A DNA stretch of 64,000 bases. It comes from Promethearchaeota archaeon. Its GTDB lineage: Archaea > Asgardarchaeota > Lokiarchaeia > Sigyniarchaeales > SOKP01. A model generated the notes under the pieces. It was not told the DNA's origin and did no database searches. It worked only from the letters and a program-made list of their open reading frames with translations. Both the position numbers and the translations under genes were made by a program. Position 1 is the stretch's first letter; each line of letters opens with the position of its first letter. Below, piece after piece: positions 48,642 through 58,573 of the stretch. Location: positions 224,001 through 288,000 of the forward strand of contig JBHLLT010000002.1 of the NCBI GenBank assembly GCA_048938855.1, read 5' to 3'.

Positions 48642-49514
48642 TTAAATATTTACGCGTTGTAAAAAGTAATTCACAATTTCACTCGCGAGATTCTTATCAG
48701 TAACCCTTTGTAAGCCAGTAAATCCTGGAATCGAATTAACTTCTAGCACCATATATCCTTTTTCTGACTCAATTATATCTACTCCAGCAATTTCAGTACC
48801 AGTTATTTTTGCTGAATTAATTGCTAGATTCTCCAATTCTTTTGTTATTTCTATGGATTTAGCTTCTGCTCCAGCAGAAATATTAGTTTTCCAGTTATCA
48901 CTTATTCTATACATTCCAGCAATTGCATTTTCTCCCAAAACAAGAATTCTTATGTCTCGATTGTAATGTTCAATAAACTCTTGTAAATAAAATACTTGGT
49001 TTAGTTTCCCTAGAGAATATATTACATTTTCCGCAAAAGCCTTATCATTCAGTCGCACTATTCCGACTCCTTTTGAACCATATAGAGGTTTTAGCACACA
49101 ATCCCCGCCTAACTCATCAAAGGCATCTAATGCTTTATATGGATCCTCACAAATTATTGTTTTAGGTGTAGGAATATTGTAATTCTCTAAAAAAACTGAT
49201 GTTAGAAACTTATCACTCGCGATCTCTAAGGATTCTCTTGAGTTGATTAATTTAACATTAAATTCCTCTATAGCACGTAAAATATCAAGCCTAAAGAATA
49301 TTTTTTGGGTAACTCCTGCTCCAAAACCTCTTACCAGTGCTGCTTTAGGCTTTATAGATTCAAATTGCTTGTAAAAGCTACGTTGGAGTCCAACATCTAC
49401 CATAATAGATGAGGGAACAAAGTATTGGACATTATATCCAAGTTTTTTAAACTCCGCAGAGAGAAGCTGCACTTCGGGGTCGTCCGAATTTGGAGTTATA
49501 ATCATTGATTTCAT
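48642..49514 (-). CDS. RimK/MptN-family ATP-grasp alpha-L-glutamate ligase
   Basis: DKFLT, VLKPLYGSKG, QEFI, WKTN, AGVD, LEVNSIPGF; QKIFFRLDIL resembles MptN. Confidence 0.88.
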   Translation of the reverse strand: MKSMIITPNSDDPEVQLLSAEFKKLGYNVQYFVPSSIMVDVGLQRSFYKQFESIKPKAALVRGFGAGVTQKIFFRLDILRAIEEFNVKLINSRESLEIASDKFLTSVFLENYNIPTPKTIICEDPYKALDAFDELGGDCVLKPLYGSKGVGIVRLNDKAFAENVIYSLGKLNQVFYLQEFIEHYNRDIRILVLGENAIAGMYRISDNWKTNISAGAEAKSIEITKELENLAINSAKITGTEIAGVDIIESEKGYMVLEVNSIPGFTGLQRVTDKNLASEIVNYFLQRVNI

Positions 49515-49595
49515 TTCAATTTCACTTTAAAATAAATTACTTAATTAATTTATAGCACTAATTTTTAAATAAATTTAAGTTCTTAAAAAACATAT

Positions 49596-50225
49596 ATGAA
49601 ATCAATGGATCCTAAAGACACTGAAAAAGAAATTGAGAAACTATCAAGTATGCTAAGTAAGATTCAGAATATATATTATAAAAAGAAAGAAGATCTTGAA
49701 GAATTAAAATTAGAAATAGATGAATTAAGGGATGTATTAAATGTATTAAATACTCTTGTTTCAGGGAAATCATTTCAAAGCGCAGATGAGATTTATTCAA
49801 AAGTACTGGCTAAAAAAACAGATCTACAAACTGATGATGAATATTTCGTTGAAGAAATTTCAAGAGAAAAGGTTGAGGGTACGAACATTAAAAGAAAAAT
49901 TTTTTCTAAAAATAAGGATAATGATGAGGAGTTATTATGCGTTTTAAATTTCTATGATTTTAATAGAGTTGAAATTAAATTTATTGATCCAGAGAAGAGA
50001 ACAGTTAAAGAAACTTCCGAAGATTTTATTCAAATCTTTTTAAAAGGAGCCTTGATCAAAATAAAGGAAAATAATCCTCAGTTAAGTGTAGATTATGATT
50101 ATTTTAGAAAGACTGGATTTATTGAAAAAATGTCTATTAAAGGCTTAAAATCAATTAAAGATTATGATATTATCACCTCAAAAATGAGAGAGCTTTTAGC
50201 TAAAGAAATAAGTTTGAATAGCTAA
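49596..50225 (+). CDS. Hypothetical protein with N-terminal coiled coil
   Basis: 209-aa ORF with heptads then SFQSADE. Confidence 0.65.
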   Translation: MKSMDPKDTEKEIEKLSSMLSKIQNIYYKKKEDLEELKLEIDELRDVLNVLNTLVSGKSFQSADEIYSKVLAKKTDLQTDDEYFVEEISREKVEGTNIKRKIFSKNKDNDEELLCVLNFYDFNRVEIKFIDPEKRTVKETSEDFIQIFLKGALIKIKENNPQLSVDYDYFRKTGFIEKMSIKGLKSIKDYDIITSKMRELLAKEISLNS

Positions 50226-50400
50226 AATATATTATTACGTTTTTGAATTATATAAATTGAGAAAAACTCAATTAAGCTGACACTTTTTATATACAAAATA
50301 TTATATTGAGATAATATATTGTTTAATTAAAATACAAAAAATTAATTATTCAGCAACTTTTTTTTAATTTAACCAATTTACCATAAGGAAAATATTAACT

Positions 50401-51213
50401 ATGGCAAAAAAAAAATTGTTATTACCCATGCCAGTGGTGCATTCTAGATTTCATGATGAGAAATTAGAGAGTGTCTTAATTAGAAAGTCATTAGATTTTT
50501 TAACTGGTGAAAAAGCTGATGCACCTTCATTCTTATTTCTTTCGGGAGCTTTTTTTGATGTAAAATCATTTGCGTATTCTGGATTAAGGGCTTGGAAAGG
50601 TGCGGTAAAACCCTCAGAAGATGATGGAGGAAGGAGACCAGTACTGGAAGCCACATTTGCTTCATTATCTGTGTATTTAAGCTCATTATTAGCATTACAA
50701 TCAGATTTTTACTTCGCATATGATGAAATAAAAGAGATCTTGCTTGAAAAAAAAAGGGAAGATCTCTGGACCATTGTCTCAGAAAAGTTACCTTTCATTT
50801 CCATACCTCCAAAAGAAATGTATGGAACTCAAGTATCACCAATTTCCCCATATTTCATAATTAAACAAGATGAAGAGTTGACATTAGGGGAGATTTATCC
50901 ATCTGCTTATTTAACTCAAGTTATAAGAAATATTAAAACAAGATTTTTCATCTTTTTCCAATATCAAGGATATTCTGCTTTTGGATTTTTCAATGCTCTC
51001 CCTGATTTATCAAAATTTGGATTTGATGAGCATGTGAATGATTTTACTGATGAACCTACAGCAGAGAATTTAATTAAATATTCAAAAAATGCAAAAAATG
51101 TAAAAGAAATACTAGTTGCATTAATTCATGCGCACAATAATGCTTTACTTGAACAGTTTCTAATACCAGATTATGAACTACTCTTGAATAAACTATTGGA
51201 GGGTGAAGGATAA
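50401..51213 (+). CDS. Hypothetical protein coupled to the small GTPase gene
   Basis: 270-aa ORF ending 2 bp before the GTPase start; no family recognised. Confidence 0.7.
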   Translation: MAKKKLLLPMPVVHSRFHDEKLESVLIRKSLDFLTGEKADAPSFLFLSGAFFDVKSFAYSGLRAWKGAVKPSEDDGGRRPVLEATFASLSVYLSSLLALQSDFYFAYDEIKEILLEKKREDLWTIVSEKLPFISIPPKEMYGTQVSPISPYFIIKQDEELTLGEIYPSAYLTQVIRNIKTRFFIFFQYQGYSAFGFFNALPDLSKFGFDEHVNDFTDEPTAENLIKYSKNAKNVKEILVALIHAHNNALLEQFLIPDYELLLNKLLEGEG

Positions 51214-51215
51214 AA

Positions 51216-51851
51216 ATGGTAAATATTGGACTTTTAGGTGATGTGAGCGTTGGTAAAACCAGCATCCTCCGATTATTCGTTCGCTACTTAAAAAAAGGTG
51301 ATATTGAGAAGGTAAAAGGTGGTATAAAATGTTCTGTTGTTAAAGCTGATTTTTCTGGCGAAGCAACCGTTCCTGGTGGTGATAAAGAAGATGCACTTAA
51401 TGAAAAGGAAACAAAGACAATTCATCCTAACCGGATTGTATTTAGAGAGGATGAAACAAACAAAGCACATACAATTTTTGCCCCAGGAGGTGATAGGGCG
51501 AGGGCTGTAGTGAAAATGGGAATAATAACAATATCACGTATAGCTACACAAATTATAGCTGTGTTTTCACTTGACAGAGATCTTAAACCACAGTTTGAAT
51601 TTTTCAATGATGTACGATTTTTCCCCGATAAAATTTATGTGTGTATAAACAAAATTGACTTAGTAGAAGGAAATAAAGAGAAAAAACTTGAAACTGTTAA
51701 AAAACAAATTATTGACTTTTTTGACAAGCGAAAAATAGCAATTAATGATACATTTATTACTTGTGGTGAAACCGTGGAAGGATTTGAAGATATTGAAACT
51801 TATAATAACCGAGTTGCAGAAATGATTTTAGAAATCACTACTAAACATTGA
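51216..51851 (+). CDS. Atypical Ras-superfamily small GTPase
   Basis: G1 GDVSVGKT, G4 NKID, G5-like TCG; G3 reads APGG instead of DxxG. Confidence 0.82.
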   Translation: MVNIGLLGDVSVGKTSILRLFVRYLKKGDIEKVKGGIKCSVVKADFSGEATVPGGDKEDALNEKETKTIHPNRIVFREDETNKAHTIFAPGGDRARAVVKMGIITISRIATQIIAVFSLDRDLKPQFEFFNDVRFFPDKIYVCINKIDLVEGNKEKKLETVKKQIIDFFDKRKIAINDTFITCGETVEGFEDIETYNNRVAEMILEITTKH

Positions 51852-51873
51852 AACTTTTTACATTCTTTTGATT

Positions 51874-52386
51874 TTACTTTTTTAATTCTAATGCAAGTTT
51901 TAAAAATACCTTTTCTAAATCTAAAAGGTACCCAATTAATGGAGTTAGAGTTACTTTATTTAGATGCTTGTCATAGTTAACAAATCCCAAGTTTTCTAAT
52001 TCCTTAATATCCTCAATAATTCCCTCTTTCTTTCTAATTTCTTTTATCTTTTGAATTGTGGTTTCTCCAGAATTAGTAAAACAATTAATCAGAGCACAAT
52101 ATAAAGTTGCAGCTAATCTAGGATTCCCTTCAAATGGATTCGCTGAGATTATTTCAGTTATTCCACTTTCAAAAGAAATATACCAACGAGAATTAAGGGG
52201 ATTAAATCTGACTTGAAGACCTAATGTCTTTAAATAATTAGCTAAATTACTTATAATCCTTTGGAAATATATTGATTTATTCTTATCTTTTACATTCAAA
52301 GCTTTTAGAATCTCCTCTTGGGTTGCTCCCATTTCAAATTTGTTTTTTTTGCTTAATAAATGCATCAAAATTGTCAATTCATTCAT
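51874..52386 (-). CDS. KITE subunit (tandem winged helix, Nse1/Nse3/ScpB-like)
   Basis: FQRIISNLANYLKTLGLQVR..WYI; second wH IKELENLGFV..VTLTP; last gene of the SMC-kleisin operon. Confidence 0.7.
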   Translation of the reverse strand: MNELTILMHLLSKKNKFEMGATQEEILKALNVKDKNKSIYFQRIISNLANYLKTLGLQVRFNPLNSRWYISFESGITEIISANPFEGNPRLAATLYCALINCFTNSGETTIQKIKEIRKKEGIIEDIKELENLGFVNYDKHLNKVTLTPLIGYLLDLEKVFLKLALELKK

Positions 52387-52402
52387 AATTTTTTCCCCTC
52401 TT

Positions 52403-53050
52403 CTATAAATACAAAAAATTTGTTTCTTTTTGATATTTAATTTTACCTAATTGGAGTAGATGTAAAAGAAATACGAAATTCTCATAGATCTCTAATTGTT
52501 TAACATAATCAATAAATAATTCATCATAAGAGCATGGTAATTTATTTTTTATTTCTTTAAAGAATGCCATCATCTTTTCAGTGAATTTTTTATCTGGGAT
52601 TTCTAGTAAAAAATTTTCTTTTACTTCTACTCTGTTAATTGGCTTAATTTTTATGGGTATGATTTTACCATTGATTAACCTATTCTTGGAATATTCAAGA
52701 AACTTCAATGATAAAGCTTCAATATTGAATGGCTTTATCCAACAATCACTAAATAATTCATAAATATTAGAGTCTTTTGGATTTTTTTTTAAAAATGTTA
52801 GAAATTTATCCTTATTATCCAAATAACTAAGTAATGCTTTTAATTCCTCAAATTTTTGAATCAATAGTTGGAAAGCCCTCTGATATGTTGTAGAATATTT
52901 ATTGATATTATAAATGTTAAGAGAATCCTTCATCGATTCAAAAAGAGAAACTAATTCAACATCTAACAGCGAAATTTCTCCCGAAAGAACACTGTTTTTA
53001 ATATTTTCAATTTTTTTGTTTATTTCTTTGGAGAAATCCTTATATTCCAT
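52403..53050 (-). CDS. scpA: Kleisin (ScpA/Nse4-like)
   Basis: N-terminal ISLLDVEL (cf. ScpA IDPWDID); C-terminal wH FVFLLHLLQLGKIKYQ. Confidence 0.75.
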   Translation of the reverse strand: MEYKDFSKEINKKIENIKNSVLSGEISLLDVELVSLFESMKDSLNIYNINKYSTTYQRAFQLLIQKFEELKALLSYLDNKDKFLTFLKKNPKDSNIYELFSDCWIKPFNIEALSLKFLEYSKNRLINGKIIPIKIKPINRVEVKENFLLEIPDKKFTEKMMAFFKEIKNKLPCSYDELFIDYVKQLEIYENFVFLLHLLQLGKIKYQKETNFLYL

Positions 53051-53064
53051 GATTTTTTAATCTC

Positions 53065-56000
53065 TCATTTCTTTTTTACTATTTTAGGCTTGAAAACTGA
53101 GGAAATTTCATTTTTTCCTACTCTAGCAATTCCTATTAACTTTTCAGCTAATAAAAATAACGAATTAGATGATTTTGGTAAAAACATAAATAATTGTATT
53201 GGATTTTGTTCTAATGTTGCTTTTATTAGTTGATAAACCACTTCAGAATTTTTTTCATCTAAAAACATGCCTGGTTCATCAAATAAACAGAGGGGAGAAG
53301 GTTTAATTTCTTGTAGAGATAAGATTAAACATATGGAAATTAAAGATACTTGTCCACCACTAAGAGCTGTAAATGATTTTAACTGGTCTTTTGAGGTAGC
53401 TGCTTTAATATCAACACCAAGATCTTCAATTTCACCGATTAATTCAAGTGAACAGTAAGATTTGATTTGGGAATCCTCAAATTTCTGATTTACACTATTT
53501 TGGAGTTTTTCTAGCAAAACCCTAAACTTATTATAATAAGTTTTTTCCATTTTTTTTTCAGTTTTAGTTGCCGCTTTAATATCATTTTCCAAATCTTTCT
53601 GATTGTTTGAAATCTCCTTAAGTGAAGATAAAATTTGATCCCTTTCAATTAATAGTGAGTTATCAACATCTAAATATTTAATCAGTTGTTTATCTATTCT
53701 GGAAATATCTGATATAATATCCTCTATTGAACGGATTTTTAGTATTTCCTCTGAAATTAGAGGACTTATTTCAGAATTAATTCGGTTTAAATCATTATTC
53801 TTGATCTCAAGATCTTGATTATATTTATTTAGTTTAATATTTTCTTGTTCATAGTTTAGTGTTATTTGAATATTTTTTCGCTCTAGATCACTCTTCTTGT
53901 TTTGTAGGATTAATATATCTCTTTTTACATCTGAAATTTCGTGTTCTGTAGTTTTAAGCTCTTCTTCAGTATTTTCTAATAGCCGAAAAATATTAAATGC
54001 ATTTTTATCCGCTTTCTGAAAAGCATCTCGCTTTATATCATATTCTTTCTGTATAGAATCCAAATTATATTTATGTTCATTCAATTTATCTCTAATTTCC
54101 TTTAAAATAACAGAGTTTTCATTTAATTTTAAATCCCATTTTTTCTTTTCTTCATTTAGGATGGCTAATTCATCAGGAATTTCTTTAATTCTATCATTCC
54201 ACTTAAGAAATTCTGGATCTGTTTGAGATTTTAGAACTGCAATTTCTTTCTCTAATTCAAATAATTCAGTTTTGAGATCATTATTTATTTTTTCTAAGTT
54301 ATGAATTTGGTCATATAAATGATTTTTTTTCGATGTAATTCTTTGTTTCTGATTAAAGTTATAAAGAAGATCATTGAAAGAGTCTTTTTTCTTAAATAAT
54401 TCTTTTTGGTTTGAATCTAATTTACCTTGATCGACTTTTAAGTCTATAATTTTTTCATTCAAAGTCTTAATTTCAGATTCTAAAACTTTTGATTGCTCTT
54501 TTTGAGTACCAGCACTTAGTAACCCTTTCAATCTTTTTAAATATGGTGTTTCAAATACATATTTGTATGAAATTATTTGTTCTCCCTTTAATGTAACACA
54601 TTTTCCTTTAAAGTTTAGTTTACGATATAAATCTCTTCCTGATCGATAATCAGTTACAACAAGGCAATTTTTAATCTTAGAATAAATAACCTTCTTGATA
54701 TCAAGATCATTATCAATAATCTTTATTAAGTCTGCTAAATACCCAAGAACTCCATCTGCAGAAACTTTATTCATCGGAATAATATTTACATTTTTAGAGA
54801 GATAAATGTTGCAGTACGCTCCATATTTCTCTTTTATTTTTTTAAGTAAGTTTAATGTATCCCAATCTTCAGCAACATAACTATATAATAATTTCTCACC
54901 GAGGACGGATTCAATCGCATAACTTAGACTATCATCATATTTTAAATAATCAATTATAGGACCTTTAACTTTAAGCCCTCTTTTCTTAATTTCCTCTTTT
55001 AGGATAGAAATGTTTGGAGGAAGAATAATACGGCGTTCTTTAAGTGAAGCTTGAAGTATTTTTAATTTATTTAGTTTTTTAGCCTTTAAGACCTCTAATT
55101 GATTTATTTCGGAATCTAAATCATAAATTTTTAATGAAATTCTCTTAAGATCTTTATCAAGCTGGATCAAAAGATTTTTAGTCGGATTTTCTAAGAACCA
55201 CCTATTCTTTTCTAATTCGTGTTCAATATCTTTAAAGCTTTGAAATAATTGATTAATCTCATCATTGTATACTGCGATTATTCTTTCATTTTCTTGGATA
55301 TTGCTTATTCCTTCTTGCTTCTCATGATTAATTCGATTGTATTTGTCGAAGAGGTCTTTATTAGCCTTAATTTTTTTTATCAATTGGTTTTGTTCAGTTA
55401 TTAATTTATCAATGTTTAAACCTGTGTTTTTACTTTCTTTTCTTATAGATGTTAAATCTTTACTAATTTTTTCATCTTGTTTTTCAAAATTTTCTTTTAC
55501 TTTTTTGATCTCATTGATTTTTGCTGACAAAGCATCTAATTCTTGTTTTGCCGCGATTTTCTCGTTCTGCCAATTTTGAATTTTTAGTGTTAACTCTTGT
55601 TTCTTGTAACTCAATTCACCTAATCTTTTAGATAAATCATGAATTGTTGATTCTTGTTTTGAGATTTTTTTAGAGTATGCATTTATTTCTCGTTCAGAAA
55701 ATTCCTTTTTCTTCTTGATTCCCTCTAGTACTAATTTAATATTATTAATAATTTCTTTAACACTAGTAATTTCCTTTTCTAACTTATCCTTATTTGCCCA
55801 TAAGAGTTCATCGTTGTATTTGTTTTTAATTTCTACTAACTCATTTTTTTTTTTAAGGCGTTCTAGTTTTGGATTTAACAGATCTAAACTAAAATTTAAA
55901 GTATTTCTTCTACTTTTTAGAGATTGAAGATCTTTACTCAAATTTTGAACATTGGACTTTTGTTCTAGAATTTCTTCTCGTAATTTTTTTAAACCAATAC

Positions 56001-56529
56001 CCTCTTCCAGGAAAGAACATAACTCTGAAGGTTTTAAATTTTTAATCGCATCAATTTTTCCTTGGCTAACAAAAGCAAATTGATTATCTGGGTTCAAATT
56101 TAAAGCTGAAATTAATTGCTGAGTATCTTGAACAGAAAGCTTTTTAAAATCTTGATCTTCTCCCCTTTGAACGTTATAATATGGAGATTGCCCTCGAATG
56201 ACATATCTTCTTAATTTTATAATTTCTTCTCCATTTTGAATGTGAATTTCGACCATAGCATGGTCTTGCCCATTTCTTATGAAATCGGACCATTTTTTAT
56301 AACGCTCATCTCTTTCATTACTGCCTAATGCAAATTTTATTGCTTGAAATACTGATGTTTTCCCACTCCAATTCGGTCCAACTATAATTACAAATTTAGA
56401 TTTACCAAAATTGACTTCATCTTTCTGGAAAGATAAAAAGTTCTCTAATATAACTTTTGTAATAAAAATCTCTCTATTTTCCTCTAATACTTTATTCTCT
56501 TCTTCTAAAGAATGTGTTATATTAGCCAA
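53065..56529 (-). CDS. smc: SMC ATPase, SMC5/6-like
   Basis: LENFLSF, GPNWSGKT, Q-loop FVSQG, long coiled coils, hinge KGPII..AIESVLG, LSGGQ, LFDE..FLD. Confidence 0.93.
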   Translation of the reverse strand: MANITHSLEEENKVLEENREIFITKVILENFLSFQKDEVNFGKSKFVIIVGPNWSGKTSVFQAIKFALGSNERDERYKKWSDFIRNGQDHAMVEIHIQNGEEIIKLRRYVIRGQSPYYNVQRGEDQDFKKLSVQDTQQLISALNLNPDNQFAFVSQGKIDAIKNLKPSELCSFLEEGIGLKKLREEILEQKSNVQNLSKDLQSLKSRRNTLNFSLDLLNPKLERLKKKNELVEIKNKYNDELLWANKDKLEKEITSVKEIINNIKLVLEGIKKKKEFSEREINAYSKKISKQESTIHDLSKRLGELSYKKQELTLKIQNWQNEKIAAKQELDALSAKINEIKKVKENFEKQDEKISKDLTSIRKESKNTGLNIDKLITEQNQLIKKIKANKDLFDKYNRINHEKQEGISNIQENERIIAVYNDEINQLFQSFKDIEHELEKNRWFLENPTKNLLIQLDKDLKRISLKIYDLDSEINQLEVLKAKKLNKLKILQASLKERRIILPPNISILKEEIKKRGLKVKGPIIDYLKYDDSLSYAIESVLGEKLLYSYVAEDWDTLNLLKKIKEKYGAYCNIYLSKNVNIIPMNKVSADGVLGYLADLIKIIDNDLDIKKVIYSKIKNCLVVTDYRSGRDLYRKLNFKGKCVTLKGEQIISYKYVFETPYLKRLKGLLSAGTQKEQSKVLESEIKTLNEKIIDLKVDQGKLDSNQKELFKKKDSFNDLLYNFNQKQRITSKKNHLYDQIHNLEKINNDLKTELFELEKEIAVLKSQTDPEFLKWNDRIKEIPDELAILNEEKKKWDLKLNENSVILKEIRDKLNEHKYNLDSIQKEYDIKRDAFQKADKNAFNIFRLLENTEEELKTTEHEISDVKRDILILQNKKSDLERKNIQITLNYEQENIKLNKYNQDLEIKNNDLNRINSEISPLISEEILKIRSIEDIISDISRIDKQLIKYLDVDNSLLIERDQILSSLKEISNNQKDLENDIKAATKTEKKMEKTYYNKFRVLLEKLQNSVNQKFEDSQIKSYCSLELIGEIEDLGVDIKAATSKDQLKSFTALSGGQVSLISICLILSLQEIKPSPLCLFDEPGMFLDEKNSEVVYQLIKATLEQNPIQLFMFLPKSSNSLFLLAEKLIGIARVGKNEISSVFKPKIVKKK

Positions 56530-56548
56530 AATTTTTCATCTGTCAGTA

Positions 56549-57799
56549 TTATTTACCAAAAGCTTGCTTTATTAAGTCTATTCTCTTTTTCGCTTTCTCT
56601 AAATTCATCTGCGCTTGATTTGGAGAATCATTTAAAATAAAGGGGTGTTGTGACAATAATTTTAAATCATTCTCTTCCAATTGCTCCTTCTTATTTAACT
56701 TATCAATGATAATTGTGAGTTCAGTATAATTTTTTGATACAGCATCTTCATAAAGTTGATTTAGCATAAAATCTGAGATTCTGGATTCACGAATTCCTTC
56801 AATCACGCTACTTATATCTTTTGGTGTTTCATTTGTATGTGTCTCCTTCTCATAATCAATCTTTTGGTTTTGCATTATATCATCCTTCATTTGCACTTTT
56901 GAATTTCCTTGTCTTAGAATCTTTTGAGGGATTGGGATATACTCACCTGATTCAATTAAATCAATTAATATATCTGTTATTTCATTACTCGTCTCATTTA
57001 ATTCAGAGTTTAAAAAATGTTTAAATATTCCAACTTTTAATAGCTGTTTGATATCGTTAACTTCCCAATATTCAGTATAATTTAATATATCATTTACATC
57101 AAAAACTATCTTTGGATTAATTTCTAAATAATCTTTTAAAACGGTTTCCCGTTGTATTCTACTTAGCAAAGGAATTTTTATAAAAAGATCAAACATCTCA
57201 TATAAATTACTTGATATCTCATTAATATCTTCCATATCGTAATTTACCCACACTAAAATGATATTAGATTTAATGTAATTAAAATTGTTTCCCTCATTTT
57301 GCCAGACATTCAAAGGAACTTCCAATAAATTTTTATCATCAAATACCTCCTTAAATTTTAAGTCCTGGTTAATCAATAATAATTTTTTTTCTTCAATTTT
57401 ATCGGGATCTCGATTGCTTGGCCCCATATCCTCTTCTTCTTCATTAGATTTATTTAAAACTTTAAAAATTGAAATTAGACTATTTATAAATTTATTTGGG
57501 TTGTTATTAATTCCTATTTCATTAAATTCTATCAAATCTAAGTAATAATTCTTAGCTATTAATCGTATGTAATCTAAAATATCTGTCCCAGGACTAGCGT
57601 TAATCAAGACTGTTCCCTTTGGTTCTAAGTAACCATTCAAAACAGTATCATCATAATTGGTTAACATTACTTTAAGATAATTCATTATATCATTGTATTT
57701 CTCCCGATAGAAAATATTTTCTTTGTTAATCTTAATTTCTGAAGGTTTAATAATCTCAAAATACTTTGAGAATTCCGGAATGTCATTTAAATCTTTCAT
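56549..57799 (-). CDS. Degenerate (pseudo) AAA+ ATPase of the PAN/Cdc48 clade
   Basis: Colinear with PAN motifs, but Walker A is ASPGTDIL, Walker B is LLINQ, and the Arg finger is absent; FDLFIKIPLLSRIQRETVL is retained. Confidence 0.7.
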   Translation of the reverse strand: MKDLNDIPEFSKYFEIIKPSEIKINKENIFYREKYNDIMNYLKVMLTNYDDTVLNGYLEPKGTVLINASPGTDILDYIRLIAKNYYLDLIEFNEIGINNNPNKFINSLISIFKVLNKSNEEEEDMGPSNRDPDKIEEKKLLLINQDLKFKEVFDDKNLLEVPLNVWQNEGNNFNYIKSNIILVWVNYDMEDINEISSNLYEMFDLFIKIPLLSRIQRETVLKDYLEINPKIVFDVNDILNYTEYWEVNDIKQLLKVGIFKHFLNSELNETSNEITDILIDLIESGEYIPIPQKILRQGNSKVQMKDDIMQNQKIDYEKETHTNETPKDISSVIEGIRESRISDFMLNQLYEDAVSKNYTELTIIIDKLNKKEQLEENDLKLLSQHPFILNDSPNQAQMNLEKAKKRIDLIKQAFGK

Positions 57800-57990
57800 T
57801 GAAAAATTTCCTTTATAATCATGCTATTTTTATAAACATTATTTACATGGGAATGAGGTATATTTATATTTAGCGGGTGTCATATATAGATCTCCGACAT
57901 AAATCGTAAAGTTTATAAAAGCGTATTTTCTAAAAGAAAATCAAAAATAAATTATAAATTTCAACCATGTTTAGCTAAATATCAAATAAA

Positions 57991-58440
57991 CTAAATTTTA
58001 TCTAGAATAAATGAGGGTAACCGACCTTCATCAACCAGAATTTTTACTAAATTAGGCATACTATTCCATTGTTGAATAGCTAGATCAAATTCTTCTTCGG
58101 TAATGTCTTTAAATCGGCCTACTCCATATGTCAGCATGCTAATAGAAGATCCCAAAAGATTTTTTAATTTATTACATGGGAATTCATTGCATTGAGCGCA
58201 ACTTTCAAATCCTTTTTCCCGAGCACAAGGACGAACTTGACAATTCTTATCAGCTATTTTATTTCCTTTACTTTTACATCCATCACAAGCAACATTTTCC
58301 GCAGTATACATTTCATGGCCCAAATACTTCCTCCATGCGTTAACCAGTTTTTCTCGTAGTTTGATATCATCTGATCGAGCAGCACATAAATAGCAGTTAT
58401 ACCCACAATATCCAATCATTTTTTCTTTATCTTCACTCAT
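57991..58440 (-). CDS. DUF3795 Cys-rich protein
   Basis: YCGYNCYLC, CDGC, CQVRPC, CAQCNEFPC. Confidence 0.85.
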   Translation of the reverse strand: MSEDKEKMIGYCGYNCYLCAARSDDIKLREKLVNAWRKYLGHEMYTAENVACDGCKSKGNKIADKNCQVRPCAREKGFESCAQCNEFPCNKLKNLLGSSISMLTYGVGRFKDITEEEFDLAIQQWNSMPNLVKILVDEGRLPSFILDKI

Positions 58441-58573
58441 AAGATTAACACCTTAGAGGTAGCAATTAATATTTTTTTTAATATATTTTCAAAATTACTA
58501 GAATATGTATGCATATTATGTCAAATTGAGATATTAAAGCTATTAAACTGTAAGACTTAACTTTGAGAGAATT

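Noticed and set aside
51874-57799. Calling the SMC operon Wadjet (JetABCD) or Rad50/SbcC
   Set aside because: No Toprim JetD or Mre11 gene is adjacent; the SMC has a globular hinge rather than a CxxC zinc hook; the kleisin is short and ScpA-like rather than MukF/JetA-like.
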